DNA of 57,180 bases from Patescibacteria group bacterium. GTDB taxonomy: Bacteria > Patescibacteriota > Patescibacteriia > JBDRGY01. Below, in pieces: positions 43,494 to 52,549 of this stretch. The number at the start of each line of letters is the position of its first letter. Position 1 is the stretch's first letter. Under the pieces are notes generated by a model, which saw only the letters and a list, made by a program, of their open reading frames with translations, was not told where the DNA came from and did no database searches. The position numbers were made by a program, and so were the translations under genes. The stretch lies in NCBI GenBank assembly GCA_043817315.1, contig JBDRGY010000003.1, forward strand, positions 1-57,180. Reading direction: 5' to 3'.

Positions 43494-43536
43494 ATATTTT
43501 TGGTAGAAGTAAATTTATCAGATATATTTTAAAAGG

Positions 43537-44490
43537 TCAAGACTTCTTGCGGCGTTTATCATGGAATGATTGAAACACTTCTTTTAGCTTTTTGTCGGTA
43601 ACATGAGTATAGATTTGAGTAGTGGTGATGGAAGCATGACCCAACAGTGCTTGAACCGAACGGATATCAGCACCGGAAGACAGAAGGTCAGTGGCGTAAG
43701 TATGCCTTAGGGTATGGGGAGTGATTCTTTTAGTGATGCCGGCAACTTTAGCGTATTTATTTACCATCCTTTGAATAGAGCGAGGCGTTAATCTGGTATC
43801 CTTCTCTTGATTTCTTTTGAAGGCGCGGTCGTGGCGGACAAACAGTGACGGAAAAACGTCATTTCTTTTATCTTGATATTGTTTTAGCCAGTACTTAGCC
43901 TGGTTAGATATAAAGACTACTCTTAATTTTCCGCCTTTGCCCCGAACGGTGAATTCATCCTTTTTTAAACTGACATGCTCGATGTCCAAGTTGGATAATT
44001 CAGAAACTCGTAAACCGGTAGAAAAAAGCATTTCCAAAATCGCTTTGTCACGCAGTTGGATAATTCGGGCCTCTTTAGTTTTTAGGGGAGCTTCCAAAAA
44101 TCTTTCCAAATCATCTCCTTCCAGAAATTCCACTTGGCGGTCCGGTTGTTTGCTCAGTTCTATTTTTTCTGCGGCTAAAGATTTGATGTCTCTTTTAGAA
44201 AGATATTTCAAAAAGGCGCGTAAAGCAATCAAATGATAATTTTGGGTAGACTTTTTGAGATGCTGGTCTTTGGGATCGGGTGATTGAGTATTAGTCAACC
44301 GATTTAGATAAAGACGGAACTCCCGCACTTTATCTTGAGTGATCTGCTCTGGTTTTTGAATTTTTGCCCAGATAATAAAACGAGTCAGATAAAAATCATA
44401 ATTCTGCCGGGTGCGCTGGCTGCGGCCTCGTTCGATTTCTAGATAGTCTAGAAAGTCTTCGAGCAGGGAGTTGAGGTTGGGGGATGGCAT
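43537..44490 (-). CDS. Tyrosine recombinase (XerC/XerD-like)
   Basis: HTLRHTYATDLL...GADIRSVQALLGHASITTTQIYTHV and an N-terminal SAM-like domain. Start taken at MPSPNL; the first 16 codons of the track ORF fall in a heptamer-repeat region. Confidence 0.85.
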   Translation of the reverse strand: MPSPNLNSLLEDFLDYLEIERGRSQRTRQNYDFYLTRFIIWAKIQKPEQITQDKVREFRLYLNRLTNTQSPDPKDQHLKKSTQNYHLIALRAFLKYLSKRDIKSLAAEKIELSKQPDRQVEFLEGDDLERFLEAPLKTKEARIIQLRDKAILEMLFSTGLRVSELSNLDIEHVSLKKDEFTVRGKGGKLRVVFISNQAKYWLKQYQDKRNDVFPSLFVRHDRAFKRNQEKDTRLTPRSIQRMVNKYAKVAGITKRITPHTLRHTYATDLLSSGADIRSVQALLGHASITTTQIYTHVTDKKLKEVFQSFHDKRRKKS

Positions 44491-44512
44491 AGTTTGATTT
44501 AGTTTACAAGTT

Positions 44513-44577
44513 GGTAAGTTTGTAAGTTTATAAGGCAATAAAAACCCCTTATTAACTTACTAACTTTTAAACTTACC
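44513..44577. repeat. Inverted heptamer repeats upstream of the recombinase gene
   Basis: GTAAGTT at 44514 and 44522. AACTTAC at 44554 and 44570. The imperfect inverted repeat is centred near 44543. Confidence 0.6.
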
Positions 44578-44700
44578 GACTAATCACCATTTTACGACAC
44601 TTTTACTCTTTTGACAAGGGGGTTGCCAAGAATCGGCCTTTATGCTAAACTTTTCCTACTAGAGAATTAACGGTGATGACTCGGTACCGCCAAGAATAAA

Positions 44701-44729
44701 TTGACAGGACGCTACTTGGTTATCACAAT
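44701..44729 (+). promoter_or_regulatory. Promoter of rpsO
   Basis: TTGACA-N17-CACAAT. Confidence 0.4.
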
Positions 44730-44743
44730 AAGGATATTGAAAT

Positions 44744-45019
44744 ATGGTCAAAACAAAGGACAAAGGCAAAAAAGCCAAGCTAATCCAAGAATTTAAAATT
44801 CACGAATCTGACACTGGTTCAGCTGAAGTACAGATTGCTATTCTATCTAATGAGGTTAATCAATTAACTTCTCACCTCAAGAGTCATAAGAAGGATTTTT
44901 CATCGAGAAGAGGTCTCCTACGCAAAATCGGGCAAAGAAGGAGACTTTTAAAATTCCTGGAAAAAGACAATCCGGAAGGTTACGAGAAGTTAGTTAAGAA
45001 GTTAAAGTTAAAAAAATAA
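44744..45019 (+). CDS. rpsO: 30S ribosomal protein S15
   Basis: DTGS.EVQIA.L...I..L..HLK.HKKD..SRRGLL....QRR.LL.YL. Confidence 0.95.
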   Translation: MVKTKDKGKKAKLIQEFKIHESDTGSAEVQIAILSNEVNQLTSHLKSHKKDFSSRRGLLRKIGQRRRLLKFLEKDNPEGYEKLVKKLKLKK

Positions 45020-45036
45020 ATTAGGAATATTTTCAT

Positions 45037-45558
45037 ATGATCAAACATAAAGACCAAAGAGTCGGCGTTTTCGTCGATGTTCAGAACATGTATTATTCGG
45101 CCAAGAATTTGTATAAATCTAAAGTTAATTTTGGAGCAATCTTGAAAACTGCCGTGGGCAATCGTGAACTTATCAGATCCATCGCCTATGTTATTAAAGC
45201 CTCAGCCCCGGAAGAGCAAAGTTTTTTTGAGGCCCTAGACAAGCAAGGTTTTGAATTACAGATGAAGGATTTGCAGGTTTTTTTCGGTGGCCACAAAAAA
45301 GGTGACTGGGACATTGGCATGGCAGTGGATGCCATTCGATTATCCGACCGGTTGGATGCCATAGTCTTGGTGACCGGCGATGGTGATTTCGCCCCTTTGG
45401 TTGATTATCTGAAATACAACCGTGGTTGCCAAGTGGAAGTGATAGCTTTTGGAGAATCCTGTTCCTCACAGTTGAAAGAATTAGCCGATGAGTTTTCTGA
45501 TTTGAGCAGCAATAGGCAACGCTTTTTGATAAGAGATATCAGAAGAAGAAAAAAATAA
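45037..45558 (+). CDS. NYN-domain (LabA-like) protein
   Basis: VGVFVDVQNMYYS ... VLVTGDGDFAPLV. Confidence 0.75.
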   Translation: MIKHKDQRVGVFVDVQNMYYSAKNLYKSKVNFGAILKTAVGNRELIRSIAYVIKASAPEEQSFFEALDKQGFELQMKDLQVFFGGHKKGDWDIGMAVDAIRLSDRLDAIVLVTGDGDFAPLVDYLKYNRGCQVEVIAFGESCSSQLKELADEFSDLSSNRQRFLIRDIRRRKK

Positions 45559-45652
45559 TATAATAACTTGGTCTTCAGACAAGTTAGACTTTTTGCCTTT
45601 TGGGGCAGTAGTCTAAAAGTCTGGGGATCAGGACGCAAGAAAGGATCTTATT

Positions 45653-47878
45653 ATGGAACCTCAAAAATTTGAGACTGATCTCGGAGGTAAAAAATTAATA
45701 ATAGAGGTGGGAAGGTATGCCAGCCAGGCTCACGGTTCTTGTACTGTCCAGTACGGAGATACTGTGATTTTAGCCACGGCAGTGATGAATGAAGGTATTC
45801 GAGAAGGAGTCGATTACTTCCCCCTGATGGTAGACTACGAAGAGAAGCTTTATGCTGCGGGAAAAATAAAAGGTTCCCGTTTTATTAAACGCGAAGGCAG
45901 ACCTTCAACCGAAGCGGTTCTCTCTGGTCGTTTGATCGATCGGTCTATTAGGCCGCTTTTTGATAATACTGTCAGGCAAGATGTCCAGGTGATTTTGACC
46001 ATTTTGTCAGTTGACCAGGAGAATGATCCTGATATTCTGTCGCTAATCGCTGCTTCAGCAGCGGTAGCTATTTCACCGATTCCCTGGGCCGGGCCGATAG
46101 CTGGTGTTAGAGTAGGCCAGATCGAAGACGAGTGGGTGCTTAATCCCACTTACGAAGCTCGGGAAAAAACTGACTTTGAATTAGTAATTGTGGGGCGGGA
46201 AGAGGAAGCGATTATGATCGAAGCTTCCGGCAATCAAATTTCCGAGGATACCATATTGGGAGCCATCAAATTTGGCCAGAAACACCTTAATGTAGCCTTG
46301 AAGTTGATTGAGGAAGTGGTCGGTAAAGTAGGAGAAGCCAAGAAAATAATTACTATTGGCGAAGACGACGAAGAAGAAAAAGCCAAACTGGAAAAAATCC
46401 GCCTCAAAGTAGCTGACAATATTAAAAGTAAATTCGCTGCAATATTTAAGGAAACTGATAATAAAAAGCGTAAAGAAATAGTTAATCAATACAAAGACGA
46501 ACTGGAAGAGAATTTGAAGGAAGATAGCGAAGTGACTAAAGAGCAGCGGTTATACGGAGTCGGCCTGGTTGATGAATTCGTGGATGACGAGGCCCGTCGC
46601 CTGGTTCTGGAAGATGAAACAAGAGTGGACGGTCGGAAACTGGACGAAATTCGTCCCCTGTCGGCTCAAGTTGGTTTATTGCCCCGGACCCATGGGTCAG
46701 GACTGTTCAACCGGGGAGAAACTCAGGTTTTATCCGTAGTCACCCTGGGGGCACCTGGCGATGAACTGGTTCTGGACACCATGGAAGAAAGTGGCAAACG
46801 TCGCTACATGCATCACTACAATTTTCCCGGATTTTCAGTGGGAGAAGTAGCTCCTCTGAGGGGGCCGGGTCGCCGCGAAATCGGTCACGGCGCTTTGGCT
46901 GAAAAAGCCATTGTTCCCTTATTGCCCGATGAAGAAAAGTTCCCATACACTATCAGGGTAGTTTCCGAAGTCTTATCCAGTAACGGTTCCACTTCTCAAG
47001 CTTCGGCCTGTGGTTCTTCCTTGGCCCTGATGGACGCTGGCGTGCCGTTAAAGGAAGCAGTTGCCGGGATTGCCATGGGTTTAATTACCGATAAAGAATC
47101 CGGTAAGTATAAGATCTTAACTGACATTCAGGGAATTGAAGATCACGCGGGAGATATGGACTTTAAAGTAGCCGGCACTAAAAACGGTGTTACCGCCATT
47201 CAAATGGATACCAAACTACACGGTTTGAAATTTGCCATAGTTGAAGAGACATTAGCCAAGGCCAAAGAAGCCAGGTTAAAAATCTTAGAAGTAATGAATA
47301 AAGTAATTGCTGAACCGAGAGCCGAGATGTCTCCCTATGCACCGCGGATTGTAACCCTAATGATCGATCCCGATAAAATCAGAGACGTCATCGGTCCCGG
47401 AGGCAAGATTATCAATAAAATTATCGACGACACCGGAGTGGCTATTGATATCGAAAAAGACGGAACAGTGATGATCACTTCGGAGAATGCCGAAGGATTA
47501 AAAGAAGCGGTTCAAACGGTTAAGGATATTACCCGTGAGGTGGTAGTCGGAGAAGTCTACGAGGGTGAAGTTACCAATATTGTTAAAGACAGAAATTCCG
47601 GCAAAGAGATCGGTGCCATCGTGGAACTGTTGCCCAGTCAGGATGGCATGGTACACATTTCCGCGTTTTCCCACGAGAGGATAGATAGAGTATCTGATGT
47701 AGTTAAGGTTGGAGAGAAGCTAAAAGTAAAAGTGATGGGAATCGATAAAGAGAAAGGACGGATTGAACTGTCACATAAAGTTTTTGAGGAAAACGCCGAA
47801 GAGAGACCCAATAGACCAAAAAGTCCGTTTAAGAAACCTTTCGGTAAATCGGACAGACCATATAAGCCAAGACATTAA
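45653..47878 (+). CDS. pnp: Polyribonucleotide nucleotidyltransferase
   Basis: Two RNase PH domains, KH (GPGGK.I) and S1 domains, in synteny with rpsO. Confidence 0.95.
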   Translation: MEPQKFETDLGGKKLIIEVGRYASQAHGSCTVQYGDTVILATAVMNEGIREGVDYFPLMVDYEEKLYAAGKIKGSRFIKREGRPSTEAVLSGRLIDRSIRPLFDNTVRQDVQVILTILSVDQENDPDILSLIAASAAVAISPIPWAGPIAGVRVGQIEDEWVLNPTYEAREKTDFELVIVGREEEAIMIEASGNQISEDTILGAIKFGQKHLNVALKLIEEVVGKVGEAKKIITIGEDDEEEKAKLEKIRLKVADNIKSKFAAIFKETDNKKRKEIVNQYKDELEENLKEDSEVTKEQRLYGVGLVDEFVDDEARRLVLEDETRVDGRKLDEIRPLSAQVGLLPRTHGSGLFNRGETQVLSVVTLGAPGDELVLDTMEESGKRRYMHHYNFPGFSVGEVAPLRGPGRREIGHGALAEKAIVPLLPDEEKFPYTIRVVSEVLSSNGSTSQASACGSSLALMDAGVPLKEAVAGIAMGLITDKESGKYKILTDIQGIEDHAGDMDFKVAGTKNGVTAIQMDTKLHGLKFAIVEETLAKAKEARLKILEVMNKVIAEPRAEMSPYAPRIVTLMIDPDKIRDVIGPGGKIINKIIDDTGVAIDIEKDGTVMITSENAEGLKEAVQTVKDITREVVVGEVYEGEVTNIVKDRNSGKEIGAIVELLPSQDGMVHISAFSHERIDRVSDVVKVGEKLKVKVMGIDKEKGRIELSHKVFEENAEERPNRPKSPFKKPFGKSDRPYKPRH

Positions 47879-48435
47879 TGATAATATCCATCTCGGGTCA
47901 ACCCGGCTCCGGCAAGTCAACCATTGCCAAAAAGTTAGCCAAGGAGTTTGGCCTGAAGCGTTATTACATGGGAGGGATTCGCCGGAAGATGGCCAAAGAG
48001 CGAGGCATGACCTTGGAAGAATTCAACCAGTTGGGTGAGCAGGAAGCTTTTACTGATAAAGAAGTAGACCAGTATCAGGAGAAACTGGGCAAAGAGCAAG
48101 ACAATTTCGTGATTGAAGGGCGCACTTCATATTTCTGCATCCCGCATTCTATTAAAATTTTTCTGGAAGTTGAAGAACAAGAAGGAGCCAAGCGGATCTT
48201 CGGACATTTAAAAGAAGAGGCCCACGGAAGAAATGAGGGTCATAATCTGGATAGTGTGGAAGCGGTGCTGCGCAGCAACCGGGCCAGGATGAAATCAGAC
48301 AAGGCCCGATACCAGAAATGGTATCAATGTGACCCCTTTGACCATCAACATTACGATTTTGTTCTAGATACTACCAATCTATCGATTGACCAAGTTTTCC
48401 ACAAGGTGGCTGAATATGTAAAAAGCCAGGTCTAA
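47878..48435 (+). CDS. Cytidylate kinase-like P-loop kinase
   Basis: ISGQPGSGKSTIAKKLA P-loop in a small NMP-kinase-sized protein. The start overlaps the pnp stop. Confidence 0.65.
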   Translation: MIISISGQPGSGKSTIAKKLAKEFGLKRYYMGGIRRKMAKERGMTLEEFNQLGEQEAFTDKEVDQYQEKLGKEQDNFVIEGRTSYFCIPHSIKIFLEVEEQEGAKRIFGHLKEEAHGRNEGHNLDSVEAVLRSNRARMKSDKARYQKWYQCDPFDHQHYDFVLDTTNLSIDQVFHKVAEYVKSQV

Positions 48436-48436
48436 T

Positions 48437-50056
48437 ATGGTAACCAAAGTGCTCAAAAGGAGAAAAAGGCTTATATTAGCCTTTTTTATTTCGATTCTCG
48501 CCTTAGCCCTACTTTTTAAGCTGGGGATGTTTATCTATGAGCGCTATTTCAAAGATGTAGACACTTTAGTCCAGTTAGTGCCTCAAAGTGCCCATTTTTA
48601 TAGTCATCTAAATTATGATCAACGCCGTGATCCTTTTAAGACCTTAAATCAGAATTTGGTCGCCACCAAGACCGCCATAACCCTTGAAGACAAACTAGCC
48701 ACTCAGATGCAGGGTTATTTACGGAATTTCGGTTTGGATTGGCGGGAAGAGGTGATTCCCCAGATCGAACAAGAGATTGCTTATGCCACCCTCAATATTA
48801 AAAATCAGGACTTCCCTCTGGTTCTTCTCAAAACAAAAGAAGCAGATCAATTCAGTCGATTGGTAATGGAGAAGATAAGGAATGACAATCCTCTAATGTC
48901 AGATGAATACTTAGAGATAAGAATAAATAATTTTGAGATTGCTCCATCATTGCTGACCGGAGATACGGCATCGCCCCCGCTTCTTAATTGGGACAAGATT
49001 TTTTATACTAACATTGGCAATGACTTCATTATTTCCTCGGCCCAGGATCCTATCGAGGCTGTTATTGATACCTACAAGGAAAGAAATCAATCCCTAGAAT
49101 CTAAGATCGCGGCTCGCTATACGTCTAAAGTTTTTTACAGTTACCTGGAACTAGACAAATGGAAATCAGATTCTGATCAGAACCAATGGCTTAGTTCTTG
49201 GCAGCAGATCTTAGAAGACAATAATGTGGAACAGATTTTTCTCTTTTTGGAATCAGAGACTGACTATACTCGATTGGTGATCGAAAGTCCCAAAGGAATT
49301 TTCAGCGGCCTGAGCTCTGCTGAAGGAATAGATTTAAACTTTTTTAATTATCTGCCAGCCGATTTCCAGCTGGCAGTCTATCAAGAAAACATCGGAGAGA
49401 AACTAAAGCAGTCACAACAAAGTTTTCTGAAAACAAAATTAACTCAACTTGACGTCAACAGCCTCTCGACTATTACGGCTATGTTGCCTCAACAAGATAT
49501 TTTTTCCCAGCTATTGAATAACCCAGCTCTAGTCGTACAAGATGAAAGCGGTAATTACCTGATTATCATTCAGAGCCAGCGTGAAGAAATTGATCAGTCC
49601 TTTAATCAACTAGAAGAACAGCTGAAAGAGATAGCCTCTCTATTCCACCCCAGTGAGCAAGAAATAATATTCGATGACCAGGATAGAGCGATTGAACTAG
49701 TCCCCAACAAAGATAACATAACGGCCAGCCAGGAAGGGGGACTGGGTGATACTTTTTTCTCCATTGACTTTGGGTCAACCAAAATAATTTATGGCCAAGG
49801 AGGAGATTATATTTTTTTAAGTAATTCCTTTCAACTAGTCCAATCTTCTTTGACCAGCCAAGAAGAATCACAACAATATAGTCAGTCGTATCAAAAATGT
49901 CCGGATCTTTTACAGAATGAGATAATGCTCTGGCCGCTGGCCAATCTGCAATTACCTTTACTGGGCACTGTTGGCCAACCATCCAATGTGTTGATAGCCG
50001 GCAGTGATCTCAACAATAAATACTTTCTTTTAGAAGGGTGCCTTTTTTTGGAATAG
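48437..50056 (+). CDS. Membrane-anchored hypothetical protein (539 aa)
   Basis: N-terminal TM and a long ORF with host-like composition. No family recognised with confidence. Confidence 0.55.
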   Translation: MVTKVLKRRKRLILAFFISILALALLFKLGMFIYERYFKDVDTLVQLVPQSAHFYSHLNYDQRRDPFKTLNQNLVATKTAITLEDKLATQMQGYLRNFGLDWREEVIPQIEQEIAYATLNIKNQDFPLVLLKTKEADQFSRLVMEKIRNDNPLMSDEYLEIRINNFEIAPSLLTGDTASPPLLNWDKIFYTNIGNDFIISSAQDPIEAVIDTYKERNQSLESKIAARYTSKVFYSYLELDKWKSDSDQNQWLSSWQQILEDNNVEQIFLFLESETDYTRLVIESPKGIFSGLSSAEGIDLNFFNYLPADFQLAVYQENIGEKLKQSQQSFLKTKLTQLDVNSLSTITAMLPQQDIFSQLLNNPALVVQDESGNYLIIIQSQREEIDQSFNQLEEQLKEIASLFHPSEQEIIFDDQDRAIELVPNKDNITASQEGGLGDTFFSIDFGSTKIIYGQGGDYIFLSNSFQLVQSSLTSQEESQQYSQSYQKCPDLLQNEIMLWPLANLQLPLLGTVGQPSNVLIAGSDLNNKYFLLEGCLFLE

Positions 50057-50132
50057 CCTGGGGATAAGTATGATATAGTAATCAATGGTTTTGGCTTGGC
50101 CTAGCCATTTTTTTATAGTGAGGCCATACTAT

Positions 50133-50161
50133 TTGACATAATCAATTTTGTATGCTATACT
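50133..50161 (+). promoter_or_regulatory. Strong sigma70-type promoter without a downstream ORF
   Basis: TTGACA-N17-TATACT. Confidence 0.55.
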
Positions 50162-50167
50162 TTTACC

Positions 50168-50580
50168 GAGAATTAAGAACATTGAAAAATCCACCAATCA
50201 TAGTAGGGAAGAAGTTGTCCTCAAGGCTATTGAGGCTAGCTTTTTCTCTACTATTCGAACTGGCAACCGACAGCCTGCAAATAAAACAAAAACAAAGCTT
50301 TTTTTCCTCAAAAATTTTAGTGAAAAAGAGACAAAAAGGTAAGCTCATATAAAAAATGAGTGTTACCATAAGAATGGTGGAGAAAATTGCTTTTTGAAAA
50401 AGTCGGAAGTCAAAAAGCATCAAATGGTCTTCGGTGCTATTGTTTGTAACTGCCTTTCTTGAACCCAAAACATTTTGGATTCAGAAAAGGCGGTTGCAAG
50501 CTGGCCCGTGGGGCCCAGGGCGTGTAACCGTTAAATAATAACTTTGTTATGTAACGAGATCGACACGCCCTCTTCTTTTT
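50168..50580 (+). ncRNA. Candidate non-coding RNA (~410 nt, identity unknown)
   Basis: Bounded by a promoter and a terminator-like stem. Hairpins: GCTTTTTGA..TCAAAAAGC, GAACCCAAAA..TTTTGGATTC, CTGGCCC..GGGCCCAG, and AGGGCGTGT..ACACGCCCT followed by a T-tract. Only low-complexity ORFs that start upstream of the predicted TSS. Confidence 0.3.
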
Positions 50581-50611
50581 GTGAAAATATTTGATAGGTG
50601 GATAGCAGCTA

Positions 50612-50640
50612 TTGACAAAAAAGTCCCATGCCGGTAAGAT
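50612..50640 (+). promoter_or_regulatory. Promoter of the dksA-like/lspA operon
   Basis: TTGACA-N17-TAAGAT. Confidence 0.5.
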
Positions 50641-50776
50641 AATAGAGTTACAACTAACCTGTTTCATTTAGTCTTTAAGAAAAAACAAAACTAGTCCAAA
50701 AATAAAACTTATTATCTGGACTAAACAACTGACTAAAATAGAACAGGTTTTATTGTTTTAAGAATTAAGCAACATC

Positions 50777-51136
50777 ATGGACAAGAAAACCATAAAAGAA
50801 TATAAGGCGATATTGGTTGAGGAGCAGGCTGCTCTCAAGCATCAACTGGCAGACGTGCAGCGTACAGCCATGGGGGACCAAGAGAAAAGTTCTGCTATGT
50901 TTCCGGATTACGGAAACAAAGACGACGAGAACGCAGCTGAGGTGGCTACCTTTGCCGATAATATTTCAATCGAAGCGGATCTCAAGAATAATTTGAAAAA
51001 CGTGGAGCACGCTCTACAGCACATTGAAGATGATGAGTTCGGGATTTGTGAGCTTTGCGGCAAAGATATAAATTTGGAGAGACTGAAAATCTATCCCTCA
51101 GCCACTCTTTGTGTTATCTGCAGCGCCAAAAAATAA
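50777..51136 (+). CDS. DksA/TraR-family C4 zinc-finger protein
   Basis: CELCGKDI..x..LCVICS C4 finger after a coiled-coil region. Confidence 0.8.
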   Translation: MDKKTIKEYKAILVEEQAALKHQLADVQRTAMGDQEKSSAMFPDYGNKDDENAAEVATFADNISIEADLKNNLKNVEHALQHIEDDEFGICELCGKDINLERLKIYPSATLCVICSAKK

Positions 51137-51606
51137 TGTGGCGGAAGAAGATAGTCTTTTATAATATCATATTTGTTTTTGCCTTCCTGGCAGATAGACT
51201 GACTAAATGGTTGGCCAATACCTATTGGAATCAGGAAGGCTTTTTTGTTATCGATAATTTTTGGGAAACTAAGTTATACCAGAATTATTATCTTTCTTTC
51301 AGCATTCCTTTACGTTACCCGATCAGTTTACTAATAACCCTACCGGTTCTGCTGCTGGTTATTTATTTATTACTCCGGGCTTACCAAAAAAAGAAAATTA
51401 TATTACTAAGTGCCTTCTCCTTGGTTACCATCGGAGCCATTAGTAATTTAATCGATCGGGTACGCTATGGGTATGTAATTGATTTTATCAATTGGAACTT
51501 CGGTTTCTTAGGAAATCCTTCATTTAATATTGCCGATGCCTACATCTTCTTAGGCATTGTTATAATAATATTCGGCTATTTGTTGAGAAAAAAGTCTACT
51601 GGTTAG
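51136..51606 (+). CDS. lspA: Lipoprotein signal peptidase II
   Basis: DRLTKW, NLIDR, FNIADAYIFLG motifs. Start at the ATG overlapping the upstream stop (TAATG); the track start is an upstream extension. Confidence 0.85.
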   Translation: MWRKKIVFYNIIFVFAFLADRLTKWLANTYWNQEGFFVIDNFWETKLYQNYYLSFSIPLRYPISLLITLPVLLLVIYLLLRAYQKKKIILLSAFSLVTIGAISNLIDRVRYGYVIDFINWNFGFLGNPSFNIADAYIFLGIVIIIFGYLLRKKSTG

Positions 51607-51685
51607 CCTAATTGCCATATCTGTTTTTAAATAGGATTAGCCCCGTCGAGCTTAGCCTGTTTGCCGATAGGCAGGCTCGATAAGG

Positions 51686-51714
51686 TTGACAAATCCTATT
51701 TTTTGTGATAGGAT
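51686..51714 (+). promoter_or_regulatory. Promoter with an embedded inverted repeat
   Basis: TTGACA-N17-TAGGAT. AATCCTAT-N8-ATAGGATT (51692-51715) fills the spacer and the -10. Confidence 0.45.
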
Positions 51715-51772
51715 TCTATGTTCTGAAGGATAATCTACTGCTCATACGAAACAAGGAAGGGGGGTGTTGGTC

Positions 51773-52204
51773 ATGAGTATCCCGATTGTGTGTTGCTTCG
51801 TGGTTGCCATGCTGTGCCTCCTAGTCTGTCTGGTTCTAATCAGGCGGCGACATGGTAACTTCAGCCTGGCCTATGGTCGGCTGTTGCGCCTGGCAACCAG
51901 CTGCTACCTGGTCGGTCTGCTGTTGACTTGGTTAGGCAACCGTCATCTAGCCGAATGGATCTGGATCCTGGGTTGCATCTCCCTTTACTGCTTGCTCCGC
52001 CAGGGCATGATCTTGTATCGGATTGATGGTGCTCGGCAAGCTCTGGCTGTGACCCAAGACGTTCATGATCTTGTGGAACGTCACAATGCCGAGAGTACCC
52101 TCTACCGCGATGCCCCATCTATCTTCGGCTATCATCTGGTTACTACCTTGGGCCTGATGGCGGTGGTGGCCATCTTCACTCCCGAATTCCTCAGTGTGTT
52201 CTAG
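51773..52204 (+). CDS. G+C-rich membrane protein (4 TM)
   Basis: High-G+C ORF. ATG placed 9 nt after ggaagggggg. Confidence 0.5.
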   Translation: MSIPIVCCFVVAMLCLLVCLVLIRRRHGNFSLAYGRLLRLATSCYLVGLLLTWLGNRHLAEWIWILGCISLYCLLRQGMILYRIDGARQALAVTQDVHDLVERHNAESTLYRDAPSIFGYHLVTTLGLMAVVAIFTPEFLSVF

Positions 52205-52275
52205 GCACACCGACCCGATCTTTAAGTACCGCCCGGTTTGCTTCTTCGCGAGCTGGGCGGTTTTCTTATCCCTTG

Positions 52276-52431
52276 ACCCCGTTAGAGATTTTCAATTTCT
52301 AGTCTCTTTTTAGTTCATCCATTGAATTAGCTTTTTAAAGTTGAGAAGCGGTGCATCGTTTCTGGTTATAATCGCATATAAGAGGTAGAATACCAAAAAT
52401 AATTTATGATTCAGAAAATCTCTAACGGGGT
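52276..52431. repeat. 156-bp element bounded by perfect 18-bp inverted repeats
   Basis: ACCCCGTTAGAGATTTTC (52276-52293) and GAAAATCTCTAACGGGGT (52414-52431). Each arm abuts a TTGAC box. Confidence 0.8.
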
Positions 52432-52459
52432 TGACAAATTCTAATTTTTATTATAAGGT
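52431..52459 (+). promoter_or_regulatory. Promoter of the nuclease gene
   Basis: TTGACA-N17-TAAGGT. Confidence 0.5.
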
Positions 52460-52549
52460 AGCCTATTACGTTCTTTGCAGTTACAAGGAGTTTCCAACCA
52501 AGGAGGGCTAACCTTGGCTACACGATTGCAAAAAAGAGAAAAGAGGTAC

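Noticed and set aside
50148-50468. ORFs of 64-101 aa in the 50.1-50.6 kb gap
   Set aside because: The + strand ORFs start upstream of the predicted transcription start. All are low-complexity (K/F/L-rich) and lack ribosome-binding sites. The region is treated as a possible ncRNA instead.
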